DNA from: an uncultured Methanosarcinales archaeon | GTDB lineage: Archaea > Nanobdellota > Nanobdellia > Woesearchaeales > CAZYIM01 | Assembly (NCBI GenBank): GCA_964647565.1 | Contig: CAZYIM010000039.1 | Span: 1 to 22,634 of the forward strand | Direction: 5' to 3' | Length of the DNA: 22,634 nucleotides | In this document: positions 16,603 through 22,634 of the stretch, one piece after another | Layout: every line of letters starts with the position of its first letter | Numbering within the stretch: position 1 is the stretch's first letter | Notes under the pieces: generated by a model | Seen by the model: the letters and a program-made list of their open reading frames with translations, nothing else | What the model was told of the DNA's origin: nothing | Databases searched by the model: none | Program-made: the position numbers and the translations under genes

Positions 16603-17533
16603 ACTATTTGTAATTATTAAGAAGACTTTGATAGACTTATTCACTATCAAGACTACAGGTCTTTACCTCGGCTTAATGCTGCTGCTCCCTATCCTGTTTG
16701 CCATGATAACAAAATCTGAAAATCTCTTAGGTTTAAATAATATGACTTTAGAGATGCAGGCGGCGTTCATAACAGGCCTGTTTATAGTGATGGCATTCCT
16801 TTGGACTGCAGGATTCCCTTTGGTCTTGTTCACTTTCATCAAATGTGCGGGATTTATCTCTAAAGAAGATGCAGACGGCACCCTCCTGATACTGGTAAGC
16901 AAGCCAATCAAGCGATCAAATATACTACTGGGAAAATTCTTAGCATTCCTGATTTACACATTAACACTGCAGTTAATAGTCCTATTGTTAATACCCTACA
17001 TCTGGACGCAAGTCTATGGCCTGGACCTCTTTGTTTTCAGCAGCCTGCTAAAGGTAGTATTGCCTATTTTCATTTATTCAACTTTTGTGTTGCTTATATT
17101 TGGCTCAATAGCATCCGCCCTTTCGACTGTGACCAAGAACTCTGTGAAGATAATCACTATCCTTGTAGTTTTGACCATTTTCTTGTTTTTTGGATTCTCA
17201 ATGGTCAGGAATTTCACAGTCTCAACAGGATTGTATGAACGATATAATATCTATGCTTTTGACATAAATTATCATCTTGGCAACACCTATGATTTTTTCA
17301 TCGAACAAAGTAATATCAAGATAATGCCATTTCTCCAGATACCTTTAGGAGGCTTTTCAGGAATATATGATGTAAACCAGCAGTTCATAGATTTTGATCA
17401 GGGCATAATGGCACCATCTCTGCAAAAATACAGCTATTTTTCTCCTATTTATTCTATCATCCTATGGCTGGCACTGGCATCAGGACTGGTATTATCTGGC
17501 ATATTTTTATTAAAAAAGAAAGAGATATTTTGA
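16589..17533 (+). CDS. ABC-2 type transporter permease; probable start ATG 16589 (MEKPRL)
   Basis: About 6 TM helices and ISKEDADGTLLILVSKPIKRSNILLGKF. It overlaps the ATPase stop. Confidence 0.88.
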   Translation: MEKPRLFVIIKKTLIDLFTIKTTGLYLGLMLLLPILFAMITKSENLLGLNNMTLEMQAAFITGLFIVMAFLWTAGFPLVLFTFIKCAGFISKEDADGTLLILVSKPIKRSNILLGKFLAFLIYTLTLQLIVLLLIPYIWTQVYGLDLFVFSSLLKVVLPIFIYSTFVLLIFGSIASALSTVTKNSVKIITILVVLTIFLFFGFSMVRNFTVSTGLYERYNIYAFDINYHLGNTYDFFIEQSNIKIMPFLQIPLGGFSGIYDVNQQFIDFDQGIMAPSLQKYSYFSPIYSIILWLALASGLVLSGIFLLKKKEIF

Positions 17534-17537
17534 CATA

Positions 17538-18248
17538 CTACCAGTCCTTCATTCTATGCTTCACATCCTTTAGATACAGATCAACATCATCTGTAAATTC
17601 AATTATCTCATTGGGTGTTGCATGAGGATCACGAAGACGGACAGCTTCCTTTATGATATTTCGCTTTCTCTGCTGCATCTCCTGAGTAAACTTAATATGA
17701 GACGGATCATATTTAAAATCAGATTCTCGATCACTTTCAATAGTGCTTAATTCAATAACGTCCTTAGGAAAATCCTGTATCTGAAACTTAAATGTACCCT
17801 TTCTTAACTGTTTAATCTCGTTTTCAATAAGATTGATCAATGAATGGGCTCTTTTTTTCAAATCTTTTGCCTTGTTTTTTAGTTTCTTCTCAAAATCAAA
17901 GGACTGTCCCCATAAGCGTTTCAAGGTGGCCATATCCTTCAAAAGTTCACTTGCAGCCCGATCTGGTGATAAGGCCTTGAATAAAACATTGAATCCTTGG
18001 CAAAGGGTATCTTTTTTCTCAGCTAAAATCTTGTTCATCCTTGCTTCTTCAAAATCCACCCTGAACTGAGAACCTACAATACCAATCAAACCCACATTTG
18101 AACTAATTATCCTTGATTTGGTAAGAAACGAGCCAGTAACATAAAGAGAAACAAGGCCTTTATTTTCAAGATCCTTGATTGTAAACTCTGATATCTCCTT
18201 GATTATCTTCTTGATCTTTCTTTTCTCAGCAGATTCAAACGGCCACAT
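17538..18248 (-). CDS. Hypothetical protein with a degenerate nucleotidyltransferase-like N-terminal motif
   Basis: LVSLYVTGSFLTKSRIISSNVGLIGIV resembles hGS...SDxD but both Asp are replaced. TTTAAATA box 24 nt upstream at 18272-18279. Confidence 0.6.
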   Translation of the reverse strand: MWPFESAEKRKIKKIIKEISEFTIKDLENKGLVSLYVTGSFLTKSRIISSNVGLIGIVGSQFRVDFEEARMNKILAEKKDTLCQGFNVLFKALSPDRAASELLKDMATLKRLWGQSFDFEKKLKNKAKDLKKRAHSLINLIENEIKQLRKGTFKFQIQDFPKDVIELSTIESDRESDFKYDPSHIKFTQEMQQRKRNIIKEAVRLRDPHATPNEIIEFTDDVDLYLKDVKHRMKDW

Positions 18249-18274
18249 ATCTGCTAATATGAGATAAATCCTAT

Positions 18275-18709
18275 TTAAAGATTGTGATGTTGTTTCTCAG
18301 ATTTTCTAAGTACGCTTGACTTGAATTTTGTAGGCTCAAGAGCTTGGTCATCTGAAAATCGGATTATTTTAGCAGTCAATCCCCTCGACTTTAGTTCTTT
18401 TTCCAGAACTGCCTTGCCAGGCGCTTGATCATAACCCATCGCAATGATATCTGGTTTAAGCTCTTCTATGATTTTGTAAAGATCTCCTTTATTACCAATA
18501 ATCGCCTCAGTAACATAGGGAAGATTTTCAACTGCTTTTTTTCTTTCTTCCTGGTTATGAGTAGGTTCTATATTCTTGATTTTAATGACATTAGAATCCC
18601 TTGCAACCACTACATAAAGCTCATCCCCAAGCTTAGAAGCCATCTCCAAATAGTGCTTATGCCCCTTATGAAGATGATCGAATGTTCCTGCAGCAAGAAT
18701 CCTTGTCAT
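18275..18709 (-). CDS. ribL: Archaeal FAD synthase (cytidylyltransferase-like family)
   Basis: AGTFDHLHKGH (HxGH), ELYVVVARD, ERKKAVENL.YV.EA..G, KPDIIAMGYDQ, KSSVLR. Confidence 0.8.
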   Translation of the reverse strand: MTRILAAGTFDHLHKGHKHYLEMASKLGDELYVVVARDSNVIKIKNIEPTHNQEERKKAVENLPYVTEAIIGNKGDLYKIIEELKPDIIAMGYDQAPGKAVLEKELKSRGLTAKIIRFSDDQALEPTKFKSSVLRKSEKQHHNL

Positions 18710-18863
18710 TTTAGTATTGAAAAGAGCTGCGAGTTAAAAAATATTGTGTTTGATGCACAAGATACGTGATAAAAAATTGCTGATATCTCTCCTTGTACAA
18801 AAGCACTACCACAGGACAGGGATGGCCAAACAATATTTAAATGTTTAAATAGTACCTATTCAC

Positions 18864-21536
18864 ATGATTAATTTCCAGAAAGAATCTCATAAAGATCCAG
18901 AAATCCATAAGGAACTGAATGGTTTGGTAAGTCAATGGTTTAAAAACAAGTTCAAGACTTTTGCACCCGCCCAGAGATATGCTATCCTTAATATCCATAG
19001 GAGAGAGAACGTCCTTATCTCTTCACCTACAGGCTCAGGAAAAACACTTTCTGCATTCACAGGCATTATTAGCGAGCTTGTTGGTCTATCTGAGAAGAAT
19101 CTTTTAGAGGATAAGGTTTATTGCATCTATATCAGCCCGTTAAAAGCACTGGCCAATGATATTGAGCGCAACCTTAACGAACCGCTTAAGGAAATCCAGG
19201 AACTGGCAAAAAAGCAGAATAAAGAGATAGATGTTAGAGTTGCAATCAGGACTGGAGACACAACTCCGTATCAAAAAAGCAAGATGCTTAAAAAACCTCC
19301 TCACATCATCATAACCACCCCTGAAAGCCTGGCAATCATGCTGACCACTATTAAATTCAGGGAAAAACTAAAAGAAGCAGAATGGTGTATAATCGATGAG
19401 ATCCATTCAGTAGCTTCATCGAAAAGAGGCGCGTATCTTTCACTCACACTTGAAAGATTAAACAATATTACTGATTTCTGCAGAATCGGCCTCAGCGCGA
19501 CTGTAAGCCCTTTGGAAGAGGTTGCCAAGTTTCTTGTGGGTCTTAAGGAAAAGGATTCAGATGAATACAGGGACTGCAAAATAGTTGATATACAATATTT
19601 GAAAAAATTGGACCTCAAGGTTTTAAGTCCTGTTCAAAACCTTATCACCAGTGATCATAACATCACATATAATAAGATGTATGAATTAGTAAATCAACTT
19701 ATACAGAATCATCGTACAACACTCATATTCACCAATACCCGATCTGCAACTGAAAGAGTTGTCCATCATCTCAAGGAGAAGTTTCCGAAAAACTATCTTA
19801 AGATCGATGAGATTGAACAAGAAGTGGATGACGAGGAGGCTGACACCAAGAGAAAGGAAGCTTCATATATAGGGGCACATCATGGCTCATTAGGCAAAGA
19901 ACATAGACTTAATATCGAGACTAGATTGAAGATGGGACAACTTAGGGCCGTAGTCTCATCAACCAGCCTGGAATTGGGCATAGATATAGGATATATTGAT
20001 CTGGTCATCTTGCTGGGCAGTCCAAAGAGTGTTGCCAGAGCCCTTCAAAGGATCGGCAGGAGCGGCCATAAGCTTCATGATGAAGCCAAGGGCAGGATAA
20101 TTGTCCTGGATAGGGATGATCTTGTAGAATGCAGCGTACTATTAAAAGCAGCACTCGAAAAGAAGATCGACAAGATTGACCTGCCAACAAACTGCCTCGA
20201 TATAATGGCGCAGCAGATATTCGGAATGGCGATTGAAGAACCTAAACATATTGATGAAATCTTTAAGATCATCAAAAAAAGCTATTCTTTTTCTTCAATC
20301 TCCTTTACAAACTTCAAGGAGATCATCTCTTATTTATCAGGTGAATATGTGTCATTGGAAAATAGGCATGTCTATGCTAAAATCTGGTATGACCAAGATA
20401 CTGGCATGATCGGAAAACGTGGCAAGATGGCAAGGGTTCTATATATGACCAACATAGGCACTATACCTGATGAGACCCGGGTTAGGGTGAAGATTAAATC
20501 CCAGCTTATAGGATATATTGCAGAACCCTTTCTTGAAAAATTAAAGAGAGGGGATGTTTTTGTTTTAGGTGGAGAGACTTATGAGTTTCAATATGCCCAG
20601 GGAATGACTGCATTTGTAAAGGGTAGTGTAAATCGGCCCCCCACTGTTCCATCCTGGTATTCAGAGATGCTTCCTCTAAGCTTTGACCTTGCAATGGAGA
20701 TACAGCACTTTCGAAAGCTGATGAATGAGTATTTCGAGAGCCATTCGACAAAAGAGAACATACTTACATTCATCAATGATTATCTGCATGTTGATAAATA
20801 TGGTTCCAATTCAATCTATGAATATTTTAAAGAGCAATATGACTATGCAGAAATACCTCATGAAAAAAGAATCATAATAGAACATTATTCAGAAGACAAC
20901 GCCAAATACCTGGTCTTCCATACTCTTTTTGGCAGGAGAGTAAATGATGTACTTTCCAGGGCCATAGGCTTTGCTGTGTCCAAGATATTAAAAAAAGATG
21001 TCGAGATAGGCATAAACGATAATGGGTTCTATATCCGTACTAATAAGGGCGTACAGGTTTTGAATATTGTAAAATCCCTAAACAGCGGGAATCTTAGACA
21101 GATAATTGAAATGGCACTAGACAGAACAGAAGTTCTTAACAGGAGATTTCGGCATTGTGCTGCTCGGGCACTTATGATCCTTCGCTCTTATATGGGCAGA
21201 AAAAAGACAGTCGGCAGACAACAGAGAAATAGCACTCTTTTGCTTAGCTCAGTCAAGAAGATATCCCGTGATTTTCCTATTCTTAAAGAGGCAAGAAGAG
21301 AGGTGCTTGAAGATCTTATGGACATTAAGCATGCCGAGATGGTATTAAAAAAGATTGAAAAAGGTGATATTGATATTACTGAAATCTTCACAGAAATTCC
21401 GTCACCATTTGCGTTCAATTTGATTTCCATGGGTTATGCAGATATCATGAAGATGGAGGACAAGCAGGAGTTTTTAAAAAGGATGCATACAATGGTCCTT
21501 GCCAAGATAAGTCTTCAGAAAGGAAAGAAAAGATAA
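18864..21536 (+). CDS. lhr: ATP-dependent Lhr-family SF2 helicase (archaeal Lhr-core)
   Basis: SPTGSGKT, ISPLKALAND, RTGDT, TTPESL, DEIH, GLSAT, HHGS, SLELGIDIG, QRIGRSGH, NIGTIPDE, PSWYSE, PSPFA. Confidence 0.95.
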   Translation: MINFQKESHKDPEIHKELNGLVSQWFKNKFKTFAPAQRYAILNIHRRENVLISSPTGSGKTLSAFTGIISELVGLSEKNLLEDKVYCIYISPLKALANDIERNLNEPLKEIQELAKKQNKEIDVRVAIRTGDTTPYQKSKMLKKPPHIIITTPESLAIMLTTIKFREKLKEAEWCIIDEIHSVASSKRGAYLSLTLERLNNITDFCRIGLSATVSPLEEVAKFLVGLKEKDSDEYRDCKIVDIQYLKKLDLKVLSPVQNLITSDHNITYNKMYELVNQLIQNHRTTLIFTNTRSATERVVHHLKEKFPKNYLKIDEIEQEVDDEEADTKRKEASYIGAHHGSLGKEHRLNIETRLKMGQLRAVVSSTSLELGIDIGYIDLVILLGSPKSVARALQRIGRSGHKLHDEAKGRIIVLDRDDLVECSVLLKAALEKKIDKIDLPTNCLDIMAQQIFGMAIEEPKHIDEIFKIIKKSYSFSSISFTNFKEIISYLSGEYVSLENRHVYAKIWYDQDTGMIGKRGKMARVLYMTNIGTIPDETRVRVKIKSQLIGYIAEPFLEKLKRGDVFVLGGETYEFQYAQGMTAFVKGSVNRPPTVPSWYSEMLPLSFDLAMEIQHFRKLMNEYFESHSTKENILTFINDYLHVDKYGSNSIYEYFKEQYDYAEIPHEKRIIIEHYSEDNAKYLVFHTLFGRRVNDVLSRAIGFAVSKILKKDVEIGINDNGFYIRTNKGVQVLNIVKSLNSGNLRQIIEMALDRTEVLNRRFRHCAARALMILRSYMGRKKTVGRQQRNSTLLLSSVKKISRDFPILKEARREVLEDLMDIKHAEMVLKKIEKGDIDITEIFTEIPSPFAFNLISMGYADIMKMEDKQEFLKRMHTMVLAKISLQKGKKR

Positions 21537-21538
21537 AA

Positions 21539-21575
21539 TTTATAAAAAACTTAATAACCAGATTTAGAAGGGGGT
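21539..21575 (+). promoter_or_regulatory. TATA box and SD for the phosphorylase gene
   Basis: TTTATAAA at 21539-21546 and GGGGGT at 21570-21575, before ATG 21580. Confidence 0.55.
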
Positions 21576-21579
21576 ATTT

Positions 21580-22308
21580 ATGATTAAACTAGGAATTATA
21601 GGGGGTACAAATCTTAAGGATTCTGATTTCTTTCAAGATTCTAAGAAAAATAAGGTTAAGACATCATTTGGTTCCGTCCAGGTTATGCAGAAAGATAATG
21701 TCTATTATATACAAAGGCATACAAAAAAATACCTGCCACCCCATATGATAAACCATAGGGCAAATATCGCTGCATTTGACAAGTTAGACATAAAACACAT
21801 CCTGGCAATCAGCTCCGTAGGAAGCCTAAAAAAGGATTTTATTCCTGGCAGGTTTGTTGTGCCTCATGATTATATTAACTTCAACAAGATGCTTACATTC
21901 TTTGACAAGGAACCGGTCTTTACCATACCATCTGTCAGTTCAAGCATGAGAGAAAAAATATTTGAAATCCTGCCTAAAATCAAGGATAATTTTATTAAGA
22001 AGGCTATTTTCATCCAAAGATCAGGCCCTCGTTATGAAACACGGGCTGAGACCAACTTCTTTAACAAATTTGGCGATGTAGTTGGCATGAACATGGCTCC
22101 AGAGGCTACCCTTGCTAAGGAACTTAAAATGGAATATGCTTGCGTCTGTATGGTAGACAATTTTGCTCACGGAGCTGTTGAAGAAGAATTGACAGAGGAA
22201 TTTATCGACATAACCCAGAAAAAAAACAAGAAAAAAGTGCTGTTATTTTTAGAAGAGTTCATTAAAAAATGGAACGGCGCTCCAGATATAACAGAAAAGG
22301 ATGATTAA
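21580..22308 (+). CDS. MTAP-family purine nucleoside phosphorylase, probably 6-oxopurine/methylthioinosine-specific
   Basis: GIIGGT, QRH...PPHMINHRANI, SVGSL, PG.FVVPHDYI, GPRYETRAE, VGM..APEA.LAKE, VDNFAHG. Confidence 0.88.
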   Translation: MIKLGIIGGTNLKDSDFFQDSKKNKVKTSFGSVQVMQKDNVYYIQRHTKKYLPPHMINHRANIAAFDKLDIKHILAISSVGSLKKDFIPGRFVVPHDYINFNKMLTFFDKEPVFTIPSVSSSMREKIFEILPKIKDNFIKKAIFIQRSGPRYETRAETNFFNKFGDVVGMNMAPEATLAKELKMEYACVCMVDNFAHGAVEEELTEEFIDITQKKNKKKVLLFLEEFIKKWNGAPDITEKDD

Positions 22309-22562
22309 TGTTTTTCGTGGAGTTTTCTATGATGATACATCAGTATCAAACATGCTAATAAAGATCCTAAGAGATTATATACCAGGTCAATAGCATTGTT
22401 CATGTAATCTCCCACTTCTTTTGCAGCTCCAAACAATACTACTGCTAACAGTTCTATGATCTCGTTTATCGCACCTACACCTAACGCTATAAGTATAAGA
22501 ATTACTGAAAGAACAATTTTGTTGAGCTTGATTTCTTGGGACTTCTTTGTGGGAACGGACAA
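22305..22562 (-). pseudogene. C-terminal part of a DUF2238/VanZ-like membrane protein, apparently truncated at the 5' end
   Basis: ALGVGAINEIIE...GDYMNNAIDLVYNLLG motif. An in-frame TAG at 22566-22568 lies two codons upstream, and the expected N-terminal helices are absent. Confidence 0.5.
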
Positions 22563-22634
22563 AGTCTATGGTGACAATGATAAGTACGAAAACCCCTTCT
22601 ATACCAGCCTCAAACCATGGAACAGAAAGGCATC

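Noticed and set aside
18710..18863. ribL-lhr intergenic region as a small gene or RNA
   Set aside because: It is explained by divergent TATA-like boxes. No credible ORF, tRNA fold or repeat was seen.
1..22634. CRISPR array, tRNA/rRNA, IS elements or prophage genes
   Set aside because: No regularly spaced repeats, cloverleaf-like segments, transposase or integrase motifs were seen by eye. No computational scan was run.

Overview
AT-rich, gene-dense archaeal chromosome segment. Archaeal markers are rpl21e, rpoF/Rpo4, aIF6, prefoldin alpha, ribL, an Lhr helicase, TATA/BRE promoters and GGTGAT/GAGGTG Shine-Dalgarno sites. A CxDTDGG-repeat surface protein and MEP-pathway genes suggest a DPANN (Woesearchaeota-like) organism, which is inference. 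Left to right: a membrane-anchored CARDB/Cys-repeat protein; a coupled minus-strand operon AMMECR1-ispD-[ispH::polyprenyl diphosphate synthase fusion]; a 55-aa ORF missing from the ORF track; rpl21e-rpoF; aIF6-prs-pfdA-ftsY, where FtsY carries an internal histidine-phosphatase domain between two duplicated acidic linkers; a small membrane protein; a radical SAM protein with a CX10CX2C motif; a beta-propeller/ABC ATPase/permease operon; a degenerate nucleotidyltransferase-like protein; ribL; lhr; an MTAP-family phosphorylase; and a truncated membrane-protein gene at the right edge. The most notable points are the IspH-prenyltransferase fusion with IspD in an archaeon, the FtsY-phosphatase fusion, and two genes (ispH fusion, prs) that appear to start at ATA. 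No tRNA, rRNA, CRISPR array or mobile element was seen. All calls come from motif reading only; no database searches were run.
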